This document shows, one piece after another, positions 18,954-29,188 of a DNA stretch of 64,000 bases. Position numbers and translations under genes: made by a program. The DNA is from a virus (lineage: Duplodnaviria; Caudoviricetes): IMG/VR virus record IMGVR_UViG_3300027804_000001, positions 64,001-128,000 of that record. One strand, 5' to 3'. The stretch's first letter is position 1, and each line of letters starts with the position of its first letter. The notes under the pieces are model-generated. The model had not been told where the DNA came from. It made no database searches and worked only from the letters and a program-made list of their open reading frames with translations.

Positions 18954-19292
18954 ATGGTTAACACTAAGAAATGTTCAGGATGTAAAGAGTCAAAATCAAT
19001 TGGCCAATTTTACAAAAACAAACTAGTATTAGACGGTCATAGTAACTATTGTATCGACTGTACTAAACAAAATGCAAAGAAATATTTCCAAAGAAAAAAG
19101 GAAAAGGTAGCAAAATCAGAAAGTGATAATTTGATGAAAATGGTACTTTTATCTAACTATAATGATGTTGATTCGTCTAATGCGGACAATCTCATGAAGA
19201 TTCTGATGATTGAGAAAATGTGTAAATCTATACTTTTTGAATTGGATGAATTGAAAAAATCATATACAAAGTCAGAAAATTTGGTTTCTTGA
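18954..19292 (+). CDS. Zinc-finger protein
   Basis: KKCSGC...FYKNK...DG..NYCIDC, the Zn-finger type found N-terminal to phage HNH nucleases; TACATTTG box upstream. Confidence 0.65.
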   Translation: MVNTKKCSGCKESKSIGQFYKNKLVLDGHSNYCIDCTKQNAKKYFQRKKEKVAKSESDNLMKMVLLSNYNDVDSSNADNLMKILMIEKMCKSILFELDELKKSYTKSENLVS

Positions 19293-19341
19293 TAGTACAG
19301 GATGAGTTTATTTAATATTTATATTAGTTATATTTATTAAT

Positions 19342-21051
19342 ATGAATATTAAAGACATCGTAAAAAGACACCTTATGGAAGCCCAAATGTCAAGGGAAAC
19401 CGAGGCATTTTTGTTGAATAAGTGGAAAGGTGTAACTCCTGAAGCGGTAAAAAAGATTTTCGATTGGTTCGAAAGTGTAAAAAATAGTTTTCCATTAGAA
19501 CCCGAGAACGTAAAAGGTGGACTTTTGAGTTTTATGGGTTGGTTTAACGGAAGCTCACCCAATAGAGAAAAATTCGACCTTAAAAATATTAGAGACATTA
19601 GATCATATTCTCTACCACAAATAAAACGTTTGTGGTCTGAATTTAAGAGTGAACCACTTTTTACGGGAGAAGAGGGTGAAGAGGTTTCACTTTCTGTTGA
19701 TGAGATTTTCTATAAAAATGTAGATGGTTCCGCACCTAGTAGTAATTCAATCGTAAACTATTTTAATAGTCCAAATGCGGTTAATGAAAATGATAAAAAT
19801 AGATTAACGCAACTTTTTGAAAAAAGTAAGGAGCTTTGGTATGGAACTCGTCATTTAATTTTTGAAGATAATGGATTTAGAGTATATAACGTTCCAGACC
19901 AAGCAACATCAATTGCTTTTGGTTGGTATCTTTATTACATAAGATATACATACAATTATAGTGGAAATAACTGGTGTACAACAACTCCAAGTTCAAACAA
20001 CTTCTTTCAAAGTAAAAGAGGAGATAGGTCTTTTTACTTTGTTATAGATGAGTCTAAATTTCCACAATCAAATGATAATCGTAGTAACCCACCTACGGAC
20101 GGCCCAAATTTCTTTTTATCTGCGTTACAGATAATGGCACCGAACAATTATGACCGTGCAAAATATAAAGTAACTGGTATTCATAATCCAGGTGAACCGA
20201 CATTTGACGAGGAAAATTTATTAAGATTATATCCAAAACTTAGACCATTATTAGATACTGATAAATTACAATATGTTCCATGGTCAAAAAATGATCAATT
20301 AGGTGGTGGTAGAAACGTCGACCCAATTTCAAGAATTAATGAAAGAGAAGGTGATGAATTTGAATTCGCAGTTAGACCACCAAATGAAAAACTTGAATAC
20401 ATTAATAGACAAGGGGCCGTTTTAAGAAAGGCAAAGTCGTGGAGAAGTATGACTGAGGCAATGAAAAAACAATATTCATTCGCAACATTGACTAGAGACA
20501 ACATGTATGATAAATTTTCAAACTCTGAATTATTTAAAGCATTAAGTCAAGCAGAAAGAAAAACATTAGATAATAGAATTAACATTGTTAGACCTGAAGA
20601 AGGTGGTATCAAATTAATCATTAAGAATATTATGCAAAATGATTTCTATGTTGATGAGAGACTTTCTTTAGATAAGGATTATATTTCATTATACAAAAGT
20701 AGGTCATCGGGTAAATTTGGTATATACAATTTAAAAGAAGATAATTGGGTTAATTTTGATGGAATCACATTTGATGATGAATACCATCAAATATCCGAGA
20801 GACCTTACAAAACAAATGATGGTAAAAGATTTTTTGCCATCATATACGGTAGAAGTTCCACACCTGATAATAGTTCATTTTATGTTTTACTACCAGTAAT
20901 GGGTAATAAAATCGATGGTTACTTTGTAAGTGCTAAAAAATGGGACGAGTTAAAGGTTCAATTGGTTGGTGAAACTGATCCAGAAAAAACAAATACTGAA
21001 TTTGACCCTGAAACGGGTAACGATATTGAAGAAATGAAAAAGGGAGTATAA
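19342..21051 (+). CDS. Large protein with WCTT-motif domain
   Basis: 569 aa; NNWCTTT motif shared with 24989..26824; TATTTAT upstream. Confidence 0.75.
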   Translation: MNIKDIVKRHLMEAQMSRETEAFLLNKWKGVTPEAVKKIFDWFESVKNSFPLEPENVKGGLLSFMGWFNGSSPNREKFDLKNIRDIRSYSLPQIKRLWSEFKSEPLFTGEEGEEVSLSVDEIFYKNVDGSAPSSNSIVNYFNSPNAVNENDKNRLTQLFEKSKELWYGTRHLIFEDNGFRVYNVPDQATSIAFGWYLYYIRYTYNYSGNNWCTTTPSSNNFFQSKRGDRSFYFVIDESKFPQSNDNRSNPPTDGPNFFLSALQIMAPNNYDRAKYKVTGIHNPGEPTFDEENLLRLYPKLRPLLDTDKLQYVPWSKNDQLGGGRNVDPISRINEREGDEFEFAVRPPNEKLEYINRQGAVLRKAKSWRSMTEAMKKQYSFATLTRDNMYDKFSNSELFKALSQAERKTLDNRINIVRPEEGGIKLIIKNIMQNDFYVDERLSLDKDYISLYKSRSSGKFGIYNLKEDNWVNFDGITFDDEYHQISERPYKTNDGKRFFAIIYGRSSTPDNSSFYVLLPVMGNKIDGYFVSAKKWDELKVQLVGETDPEKTNTEFDPETGNDIEEMKKGV

Positions 21052-21065
21052 ACTCCCTTTTTTTA
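21039..21065. terminator. Bidirectional intrinsic terminator
   Basis: AAAAGGGAGT-ATAA-ACTCCCTTTT. Confidence 0.75.
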
Positions 21066-21087
21066 TGACCTTGTGATTTGTTTATTA

Positions 21088-21903
21088 TTAGAATTTTGTT
21101 CCGCAGTGTGGACAGAACTTATGTGTATCTTTTTTTCTTTTTGCACCACACTCTGTGCAATATGTAACTAACTCTTCTCTAACAACCGGTTTAGTTGATT
21201 GAGGTTTAATTTTCCACCAATTTGTTGTCGATGGAAAACTATAAAACGATGAATTATCGTAAGTAAAAACTTGGTCAGATTCTGATCCTTTTTCAACTCT
21301 ACCCGTTTCAACATGTCTTAATGGACTTGTTAATTCTTTTTTAATTCTATTCGAATTGTTAAAAAATGAATTAGTGTTAATAGTACCACTTGTTAATGAT
21401 GCATTATAAAATGTATTCGTACTTGTTGTAGTAAAAGAAGTATTACCTAATGTGTTATGAGTTGTATATGTATACGGTGTATTAGTCCAAACCGGATTGT
21501 TAATGGTTAATGTACCACTACCACTTAAGTAACTTGGTGTAACAATTTCATTATAGAACTTAACTGTAACATCACCATTATTGGCAATAGATTGTTGTAC
21601 ATCCTCATTATTTCCATTTACAACGTATGTTTCAAACAAAAACTTCTTTGCCTCATCAAGATACCTTTCGAGGAAAACGCGTTCACCAGGACGAAGTATA
21701 ATACCACTACCGATGGAATTACCATTCATCTCGATTTTTGCTAAAACTTTATTTTGTGTTGGATTAAAAAGTTCGATTTCGAACTCATCACCGTTTTTAA
21801 GATATACGGTGTCTACGTGCTGTTTTAATCTTTGTTTACCTTTGGTGATAAAAGATTGTGGTACAGCATAACCAATCGTGTTGATTGAAATTCTTCTGTT
21901 CAT
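21088..21903 (-). CDS. Conserved phage protein with Thr/Asn-rich linker and C-terminal zinc ribbon
   Basis: YLKNGDEFEIELFNP...LRPGERVFLERY; C-terminal CTECG...FCPHCG. ATG at 21903 preferred over GTG at 21966. Confidence 0.75.
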   Translation of the reverse strand: MNRRISINTIGYAVPQSFITKGKQRLKQHVDTVYLKNGDEFEIELFNPTQNKVLAKIEMNGNSIGSGIILRPGERVFLERYLDEAKKFLFETYVVNGNNEDVQQSIANNGDVTVKFYNEIVTPSYLSGSGTLTINNPVWTNTPYTYTTHNTLGNTSFTTTSTNTFYNASLTSGTINTNSFFNNSNRIKKELTSPLRHVETGRVEKGSESDQVFTYDNSSFYSFPSTTNWWKIKPQSTKPVVREELVTYCTECGAKRKKDTHKFCPHCGTKF

Positions 21904-22040
21904 TTCCTTATATTTTTTTGTATTTGAACCCGAATTCGTTGGTATCAATTCCAACTCAAATGCCACAAGGACACTTCCGATTCAACCACAAGGTCTATTA
22001 TAAGTATATCGAAGAATTAATAAAATGTAAAGTAAAAACC

Positions 22041-22493
22041 TTATAAAGTGTAAACTGGAACATGAATTGATTCAACAACAACCTCACCGTTCTCGTCATT
22101 ACCTAATTTAACTATTATCTCGTTACCAATTGTAATAACACCTTGGTTTTCTTGTGTTTCTTGTTCAACATTTTCCCAGTTTAATGGAATAGTAATTTCA
22201 ATATCATCCGCATCATCTACCTGTGGAGTAATTGTTAATTCTATTTCAGATGGTCCTTGAATATCGTATAACGAAATATCTTTTATACCCCAACTTCTAT
22301 GTTCTTGGTCAATTAAATATGACAATCTTATATCACCAGCAACGGCCCAATCTATATCATTTCCATTGATTTTTACACCATATGTTTCCACATCTACCGA
22401 AACCACCCTTTCGTATCTATTGTCGTTAATCCCTTCACTAATACGTTTTTTAATCATATTCAATTGATTTTCACTGAGTAATATCTTTTTCAT
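22041..22493 (-). CDS. Acidic protein with MKKILLSENQ leader
   Basis: 150 aa; TATAAATA at 22515-22522. Confidence 0.75.
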   Translation of the reverse strand: MKKILLSENQLNMIKKRISEGINDNRYERVVSVDVETYGVKINGNDIDWAVAGDIRLSYLIDQEHRSWGIKDISLYDIQGPSEIELTITPQVDDADDIEITIPLNWENVEQETQENQGVITIGNEIIVKLGNDENGEVVVESIHVPVYTL

Positions 22494-22595
22494 TTTTCTA
22501 AATTTGTGATTTATTATAAATACCTGATAAAAATAATAAAAAAATTTGGTATATCCATAAAAATTCCTATCTTTGTGGTCTAAAACGATTTTATC

Positions 22596-22781
22596 ATGGG
22601 TAGAGTATTTGTCTTATTAGTGGTTTTTTTGGTGTTACTCACAAGTTGTTCTGTGGGTAAAAAAACACGTGTAACAAAGACACATATGTGGGAAAACAAA
22701 ATGGTGACAAAGAAAGAATATGATTCATTACTTTATCACCACACATATAAATTTGTACAAAATTACAAGGAAAACAATTAA
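22596..22781 (+). CDS. Small lipoprotein
   Basis: Lipobox LLTS-C; TATCTTTG promoter box upstream. Confidence 0.6.
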   Translation: MGRVFVLLVVFLVLLTSCSVGKKTRVTKTHMWENKMVTKKEYDSLLYHHTYKFVQNYKENN

Positions 22782-24028
22782 GCCTTAGTTGATTGTATTG
22801 GGTTACCGCATAAATCGGTTGTTAATAATACCGTTTCTTGTGTTGATCCCCTTTTCATACCTGAATTAGGTTCTCCATCATACAAAGGTGTATCAACCTT
22901 CTTATTAATAATTGTTACCCACGGTGTCTCGGCGTGAGTTCCTGTTTTATAGAACATTTTATACTTACCATCTTTTGACACCAATGGTACTATTGTTAAA
23001 ACTATCTTATCAGATGGTGCATTATCAATAATACTCTTAGCCCTGGCCCCGTCTAACACAAACGTTTGAGACCTACTTCCACCTGACAATCCATCGGATT
23101 TTCTACCATATTCTTTAAAAGAATTATTAACCTTTTCCAATTCTTCAATAAAAGGTTCTATTGTTTCATAACCAAGTTTAGAAGCATGATATCTCATATT
23201 TTCTGACCACTGTATTACTGGTGGTTCAGGAATTATTTTTTTCCTTTCTCTTTCTTTATAAACACCTGATGCTAATTGTTTTTCGAAATTATCAACTAAT
23301 TTCTTATGTTGGGCCATTTGTTTTTGATGTCTATTTCTAGCATAATCAACACCCATATCTAACGTGGAGTTATTTAAATTAACAATACCCAACGACACTC
23401 CATTCATTCTAATTTCAAAAATAGCCTCATCACATTCGTGATTTGATTTGTTTTTACCTTTGTAATAACCTACTGTAATCTCAAGACCAACAATACATTC
23501 ATAATTTTTTCTAGCACTAACTACCGCTCTCACAAATTGTTCGGATTTATATTGAGCCATTTTTGTCTTGTCTTTAAGATCATTAGGACCTGAATATGGG
23601 GTTTGACCAATCACTGTTTTTGGTTCAGGTATTTCTGGTAGTTCATTTTGAGATAATGTTTTACCTACCAACGATTTAAAGTAATTTTCCAAGAATACTT
23701 TTAAAGATTGACCTCTTTTTTGAGATAAAACACCCGGTTCTAATGTTACGGATGGATTAACCTCTGTGTCCTTATTTGTTACTTTACTTTCACCCGATTC
23801 AATTTGAATGGTGATTTTACTTCCTTTATGTTGATTTATAAAATTTACGATTTTAACTAATTCATTAGTGATACTTGAGGTTTGCTGTGGGGTTAGTTTC
23901 CATTTACCCATCGACCACATTGCACCAAAATTAACACTAATTGATTCAGTCTTACTCTCGTTCTGTTCTAAAACAACCCCATCTATTAGTTTTTTTATCT
24001 GATTTTCTGTTAAAATTACGGTTCTCAT
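22778..24028 (-). CDS. Protein with shared leader and OmpA-like domain
   Basis: MRTVILTENQ leader; ITIQIESGES..TN...LSQKRGQSLKVFL...EQFV resembles OmpA C-terminal domain. Confidence 0.6.
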   Translation of the reverse strand: MRTVILTENQIKKLIDGVVLEQNESKTESISVNFGAMWSMGKWKLTPQQTSSITNELVKIVNFINQHKGSKITIQIESGESKVTNKDTEVNPSVTLEPGVLSQKRGQSLKVFLENYFKSLVGKTLSQNELPEIPEPKTVIGQTPYSGPNDLKDKTKMAQYKSEQFVRAVVSARKNYECIVGLEITVGYYKGKNKSNHECDEAIFEIRMNGVSLGIVNLNNSTLDMGVDYARNRHQKQMAQHKKLVDNFEKQLASGVYKERERKKIIPEPPVIQWSENMRYHASKLGYETIEPFIEELEKVNNSFKEYGRKSDGLSGGSRSQTFVLDGARAKSIIDNAPSDKIVLTIVPLVSKDGKYKMFYKTGTHAETPWVTIINKKVDTPLYDGEPNSGMKRGSTQETVLLTTDLCGNPIQSTKA

Positions 24029-24121
24029 CTATTTTCTAAAATGTTTATATCATATAAATACTTTAATAAAATATATGTGGTATTTATATGTAAATAAACA
24101 TTAATCAAAAATTAACAAAAT

Positions 24122-24964
24122 ATGTTATTGAAATTAGGTTCTGAAGGAGAAGACGTAAAAAAACTCCAAGTAAAATTAGGGGTTGACCCAATTGGTAAAT
24201 TTGGCCCAAAAACCGATACAGCCGTTAAAGCGTGGCAATCAGCAAATGGACTTACTCCTGATGGTGTTGTTGGTCCATCAACATGGGCTAAATTAATGGG
24301 TGAATCTGTAACAAGTACACCTACTGTCATTACTGAACCTGCACCCGTTGCAAATGTTGGTGGGTTAAAATTAGAAAAATTAAAAGGACATGTTCCCGAC
24401 GCGGTAATTGCTCAAATTCCTGATACCGCATCTAAATTTAACATTAACACACCACTAAGACTTGCACATTTCTTAGCACAATGTGGTCATGAAAGTGGAG
24501 GATTCAAAGTAACACAAGAAAATTTAAATTACTCCGCAAAGGGTTTGATGGGTATTTTCAAAAAATATTTCCCAACACAAGCATTGGCTGAATCATATCA
24601 AAGACAACCACAAAAAATAGCAAATAAAGTGTACGCTTCCCGCATGGATAATGGAAATGAAGCTAGTGGTGACGGCTACAAATTTCGTGGCCGCGGATAC
24701 ATTCAATTAACCGGCAGAGCAAACTACACAGCATTTGGTAAGGCAATTAATGAAGACATTGCAAATAATCCTGATGTTGTAAGTGGAAAACACGCATTAT
24801 TATCTGCTGCTTGGTTTTGGTCAAAAAATGGACTGAACACTTTGGCAGACGGAGGTTCAAGTGATCAAGTTGTAACATCAATTACAAAAAGAGTAAACGG
24901 CGGAACAATTGGTTTACCTGATAGAATAAAACACTTCAAAGAATATTATCAATTGTTATCATAA
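24122..24964 (+). CDS. Endolysin: PG_binding_1 plus GH19 lysozyme/chitinase-like domain
   Basis: VKKLQ...FGPKTDTAVKAWQSANGLTPDGVVGPSTW; RLAHFLAQCGHESGGF, ENLNYS, FRGRGYIQLTGRANY, SAAWFW, TKRVNGG. Confidence 0.92.
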   Translation: MLLKLGSEGEDVKKLQVKLGVDPIGKFGPKTDTAVKAWQSANGLTPDGVVGPSTWAKLMGESVTSTPTVITEPAPVANVGGLKLEKLKGHVPDAVIAQIPDTASKFNINTPLRLAHFLAQCGHESGGFKVTQENLNYSAKGLMGIFKKYFPTQALAESYQRQPQKIANKVYASRMDNGNEASGDGYKFRGRGYIQLTGRANYTAFGKAINEDIANNPDVVSGKHALLSAAWFWSKNGLNTLADGGSSDQVVTSITKRVNGGTIGLPDRIKHFKEYYQLLS

Positions 24965-24991
24965 AAAAAGGGAGTTTAAACTCCCTTTTTA
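24964..24991. terminator. Bidirectional intrinsic terminator
   Basis: AAAAAGGGAG-TTTAAA-CTCCCTTTTT between convergent genes. Confidence 0.75.
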
Positions 24992-26824
24992 ATTTGTGTT
25001 TTTTTTAAATCTAATTAAACTTTCAAATAATTTATAATTGGTTAAAAGTGATATTAAATTTTCAACCTTAACACCATCAGGTTCTCCCCATCCACCAAAC
25101 TTTTCTCCCGTATCTTTATTTGTATATTCTATTTTAACCATACCTGTATCACAATTAATTTCCGTAGATTTTAGTTTTACTTTTATGTGTTCGTTTTCGT
25201 ATGTTTTACTATAACTGTTAAAATATTTTTGAATGATTTGATTAAGTGTTTGTCTTAATTTCATACAACTACCACTACGTTCCACATCTTCTAAAATATA
25301 ATCAAAGAATTTGTCAGTTTCTTTTGTTAACTGATTTGATTCTCCATATTTTGGATATGTTACTTCATAATCATATATTCTTTCGAACTCATGTGCGTGT
25401 CCACAATAACCAACAAATTGATTTAACATTTCATTTAAATTATCTTCATCAGGTGCATTATCATATCCTTTCTTTAATAAGAACTGAACAAATTTTACAA
25501 TACCTAAACTAACATTATAACCACCACCATATTCTGAACTAACATCAATATCTTTTTTAATCTCATCGACCATTGTATCATTTCCATTTTCATAACTCGC
25601 ATATGATAAATCGGCAATATCTGACCAAAATGCATCTTGAATATCATCTTTTTCTTTAAATGTATCAAAGAAACTACTTAAGAAATTATCAAAATCTTTT
25701 ATTAAAAACTTTTGAGAGAATTCAGTTGCATTTTGAGTATAATATTCATTTAAAAATGATTGTAATTTTTCTACTTCATCTTCGTCCAAACCCATATCTT
25801 TCATATCGTCATAAACGAATTCCCACCCATGATTTGATTCATATTCATACCAACCCACGTTTTGTTCGAGTTGTTCTAAATCATCAATAATTGTTTCCAC
25901 ACTTATTTCAATTCTTCCCCCATCAATTGAAACGTTGACATTATTTAATAATTCAGATACTACATCTTCATCACTCGATAATATACCATTAACCAATTTG
26001 TTATTAATTTTACCAATTGATTTTTCAAATAATTGTAAACCAAATTCATTTGGTAAAATGTCTAATCTTTTAAGTTCATTTTTTATTTCATCACCACTAA
26101 CTTCTTTTGTAAAAGATGGAAAGAAATAATTAAATATTTCTTTATTTTCAGGTCTTACAATAAATTCTGATGTGTTAATTCTTCTATCGTCTCTGTCCAT
26201 ATATTGATTAGACTCAAAATGAAATTGGTATTTCTGGTCAGGATTTTGTTTATTAATCATTATAAACAAAGGACCTTGTGGTGAATATCTACTAAACATA
26301 TTACCTCTATCCTTATGTTTTTTATTTAAAGAATACGGTCCCCATGTTGTACACCACTCAGTATTAACACCCAAATAACAAGATGCCCTTTCAGTTAATG
26401 GTTGAAATATATACCAATTTTCTCCGTTATGTAAAACCTTAAATTCATCTTTAGAAAGTACTTTTAAAATTTCACCAAGACTTTTGGTATCCTTTGCAAT
26501 GTAATCTTTAACAACATTATACAAATCACCGAGTTCTTTGATTTTACCTAAATCTAACGGTATTTTGTGTTGATAAACATACTCAAGATATTCTTTCGCC
26601 TTATCTAAATCTTCTATTTGTAAACCACCCTTTTGAAATAATGATATAAGTAATTTTGCATACTTACCCATTCTTTGAATTTTACCACCATCAACAACAG
26701 ACTGAGGGTCTGAACCAACAATCTCTAAAAAATCATCATATGGAATTTTACTATAATATTTTTGGTAAATCTCATCACCAGATAGTTCATTTAGTAAATC
26801 CTCCAAAAGAATATTAAATTTCAT
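24989..26824 (-). CDS. Large acidic protein with WCTT-motif domain
   Basis: ASCYLGVNTEWCTT...GPLFIMINK...KYQFHFESNQYMD; CATAAATA at 26828-26835 supports the MKFNI start. Confidence 0.75.
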   Translation of the reverse strand: MKFNILLEDLLNELSGDEIYQKYYSKIPYDDFLEIVGSDPQSVVDGGKIQRMGKYAKLLISLFQKGGLQIEDLDKAKEYLEYVYQHKIPLDLGKIKELGDLYNVVKDYIAKDTKSLGEILKVLSKDEFKVLHNGENWYIFQPLTERASCYLGVNTEWCTTWGPYSLNKKHKDRGNMFSRYSPQGPLFIMINKQNPDQKYQFHFESNQYMDRDDRRINTSEFIVRPENKEIFNYFFPSFTKEVSGDEIKNELKRLDILPNEFGLQLFEKSIGKINNKLVNGILSSDEDVVSELLNNVNVSIDGGRIEISVETIIDDLEQLEQNVGWYEYESNHGWEFVYDDMKDMGLDEDEVEKLQSFLNEYYTQNATEFSQKFLIKDFDNFLSSFFDTFKEKDDIQDAFWSDIADLSYASYENGNDTMVDEIKKDIDVSSEYGGGYNVSLGIVKFVQFLLKKGYDNAPDEDNLNEMLNQFVGYCGHAHEFERIYDYEVTYPKYGESNQLTKETDKFFDYILEDVERSGSCMKLRQTLNQIIQKYFNSYSKTYENEHIKVKLKSTEINCDTGMVKIEYTNKDTGEKFGGWGEPDGVKVENLISLLTNYKLFESLIRFKKNTN

Positions 26825-26876
26825 ATTCATAAATACTTCGTTTGACTTATTAACTTTTTTTTCTTATATTTTAAAT

Positions 26877-27263
26877 ATGGAAAAACCAATTGTTCATAAT
26901 GTATTGGAATGCCCCGAATGTAAGGTCCCAAAGGGGTGGGGTGAAGAAATCATCATTTGTAATCACGAATTATATTGTGGTAAATTATTGTGTTTCAAAC
27001 AGGGTGCCAAATTTTCTATGCATTATCATATGATAAAAGATGAAACTTGGTATGTAGATAAAGGTGAATTTATTTACAGATGGATAGATACCGAAACCGC
27101 CGAAGTAAATGAGAAAAAATTAAAAGTTGGTGATGTTGTTAGACAAAGACCGGGTCAACCACATCAACTTGAAGCAATAACTGATGGTGTGGTCTTTGAA
27201 GTCTCTACAGAACATTTTGATTCTGATTCATATAGAGTATGGAGGGGGGACTCCCAAAAATGA
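26877..27263 (+). CDS. Cupin-fold sugar isomerase (mannose-6-P isomerase C-terminal-like)
   Basis: KGWGEE...SMHYHMIKDETWYV..G...PGQPHQLEA.....FEVST. Confidence 0.8.
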   Translation: MEKPIVHNVLECPECKVPKGWGEEIIICNHELYCGKLLCFKQGAKFSMHYHMIKDETWYVDKGEFIYRWIDTETAEVNEKKLKVGDVVRQRPGQPHQLEAITDGVVFEVSTEHFDSDSYRVWRGDSQK

Positions 27264-27661
27264 AAAAAGTTTGGATAAATGGTAGTTTTGATGTTTTACA
27301 TGTTGGCCACATTCGACTCCTTGAGTATGGTGCTGGTCTCGGGAATGTTAGGGTTGGATTGGACACTGATCAAAGAATCAGTGATAAAAAAGGACCCAAT
27401 AGACCGTACAATAATCTTGACGATAGGATTGAGTTTATATCATCTATTAAGTTTGTTAGTTCTGTTGTCACTTTTGGTTCAGACGATGAACTCATTCAGA
27501 GAATTATTGAATTTAGCCCCGATTATATGGTGATTGGTAATGATTACACCTATCAAACAATAATTGGTGTAGAACATATTCCGCAAATTATGTTTTTTGA
27601 TAAAATTAAAAATAAATCAACTTCTTCTATATTAGGATATGATAGTAACAGTAATAGGTGA
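27260..27661 (+). CDS. Nucleotidyltransferase, HldC/RfaE domain II-like
   Basis: NGSFDVLHVGH (HIGH), GLDTD.....KKGPNRP, STSSI. Confidence 0.8.
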   Translation: MKKVWINGSFDVLHVGHIRLLEYGAGLGNVRVGLDTDQRISDKKGPNRPYNNLDDRIEFISSIKFVSSVVTFGSDDELIQRIIEFSPDYMVIGNDYTYQTIIGVEHIPQIMFFDKIKNKSTSSILGYDSNSNR

Positions 27662-28382
27662 ATTATGTAATGATATTTTTGTTTATGGTGATGCCAGGAG
27701 ATTAAGTCCTGAGGCACCTGTTCCTGTTTTGACACATACACATGTTGAAACAAACTTAGGCATGGCAGGAAATGTCAAACAAAATTTATTGTCATTAGAT
27801 TCAACATTACGTATTAATTTATTTCATCAAAAAACTGAAATAAAAAAAACAAGATACGTTGATGATAAATCAAACCATATGTTTCTAAGAGTTGATGAAG
27901 GTGAGGATAATATCGATATTTTTGATGTAAATATATCAAAGGGTAATGCAATAAAGAATTCAGATATTGTTATTGTTAGTGATTACAATAAAGGATTTTT
28001 AAATGAAGAAACATTAATTGAAATAGGTAAAAATTCTAAATTATCTATTATAGATACAAAAAAGAAATTAACAAAAGAAATCATCGAAGCATTTAGTTTT
28101 ATTAAATTAAATGAACACGAATACAAAACAAATGAATCAATTTCAAACGAATACAAAGATAAATTTATTATCACATTAGGAATGAGAGGTGCAAAACATA
28201 ATGACATAATTTATCCATCACCGTCACCAAAACAAACTATGGATGTGAGTGGTGCTGGTGACACTTTTACCGCGTCTTTTATTTTGAAATATAAAGAAAC
28301 AAATAACATATCAGAATCAATTGTGTTTGCCAATTTAATGGCATCAATTGTAGTATCAAAAAGAGGAGTAACCACACCATGA
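27639..28382 (+). CDS. PfkB-family heptose kinase, HldA/RfaE domain I-like
   Basis: RRLSPEAPVPV, GMAGNV, SDYNKG, DVSGAGDTF. Confidence 0.85.
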   Translation: MIVTVIGELCNDIFVYGDARRLSPEAPVPVLTHTHVETNLGMAGNVKQNLLSLDSTLRINLFHQKTEIKKTRYVDDKSNHMFLRVDEGEDNIDIFDVNISKGNAIKNSDIVIVSDYNKGFLNEETLIEIGKNSKLSIIDTKKKLTKEIIEAFSFIKLNEHEYKTNESISNEYKDKFIITLGMRGAKHNDIIYPSPSPKQTMDVSGAGDTFTASFILKYKETNNISESIVFANLMASIVVSKRGVTTP

Positions 28383-29188
28383 GACACGCACTTGTAACAG
28401 GAAGTAACGGATTTATCGGTAAAAATTTATCTTATGAAATTTCAGATATCTTTATGGTATTTGGTATTGATGATGAGATTTTTGCTTATGATAAATGGAT
28501 GGATAAATTAAATGAAAAATTAGACGAGATTCAACCCGACGTTATATTTCACGTTGGTGCTTGTTCTGATACATTAGAACAAGATGTAAATTACATGATG
28601 ATTCGTAATTTTGAATTTACAAGAGTTCTTTCTGAATATTGTTTTGTAAATGAAGTACCATTAATTTATTCATCGTCAGCCGCAAATTATGGTACAAATA
28701 ATTTATACCCATCTAATTTATACGGATGGAGTAAGTATGCTGCGGAACAAGTTGTAATTTTAAATGGTGGTATTGCGTTAAGATATTTTAATGTGTATGG
28801 TCCTGGTGAAGAACATAAAGGAAACATGTCATCTGTTGCATTACAAATGATGAATAAAGTAAAAAATGGTGAAGATGTTAAATTATTTCCAGGTTCACCA
28901 AAAAGAGATTTTGTTTATGTAAAAGATGTTGTGGGTGCAAATCTATTCGCATTAGACAATTATGATGAATTATCATATAGATTTTATGATGTTGGTTGTG
29001 GTGAAGCAAGAACCTTCGAAGATGTTATGGAAATAATGGGAATACCATATACGTATCATAGTGAATTAGATGTACCAAATGGGTATCAATTTTTTACACA
29101 ATCCGATAAATCTAAATGGATGCCGGGATGGGGTCCTAAATATACTTTAGAGGAGGGACTCCAAAATTATTTTTTTCGAAACTTTTAA
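28379..29188 (+). CDS. hldD: ADP-L-glycero-D-manno-heptose 6-epimerase-like SDR
   Basis: VTGSNGFIG, HVGACSDT, YSSSAANYG, YGWSK, LRYFNVYGPGEEHKGNMSSV, RDFVYVKDV. Confidence 0.8.
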   Translation: MRHALVTGSNGFIGKNLSYEISDIFMVFGIDDEIFAYDKWMDKLNEKLDEIQPDVIFHVGACSDTLEQDVNYMMIRNFEFTRVLSEYCFVNEVPLIYSSSAANYGTNNLYPSNLYGWSKYAAEQVVILNGGIALRYFNVYGPGEEHKGNMSSVALQMMNKVKNGEDVKLFPGSPKRDFVYVKDVVGANLFALDNYDELSYRFYDVGCGEARTFEDVMEIMGIPYTYHSELDVPNGYQFFTQSDKSKWMPGWGPKYTLEEGLQNYFFRNF

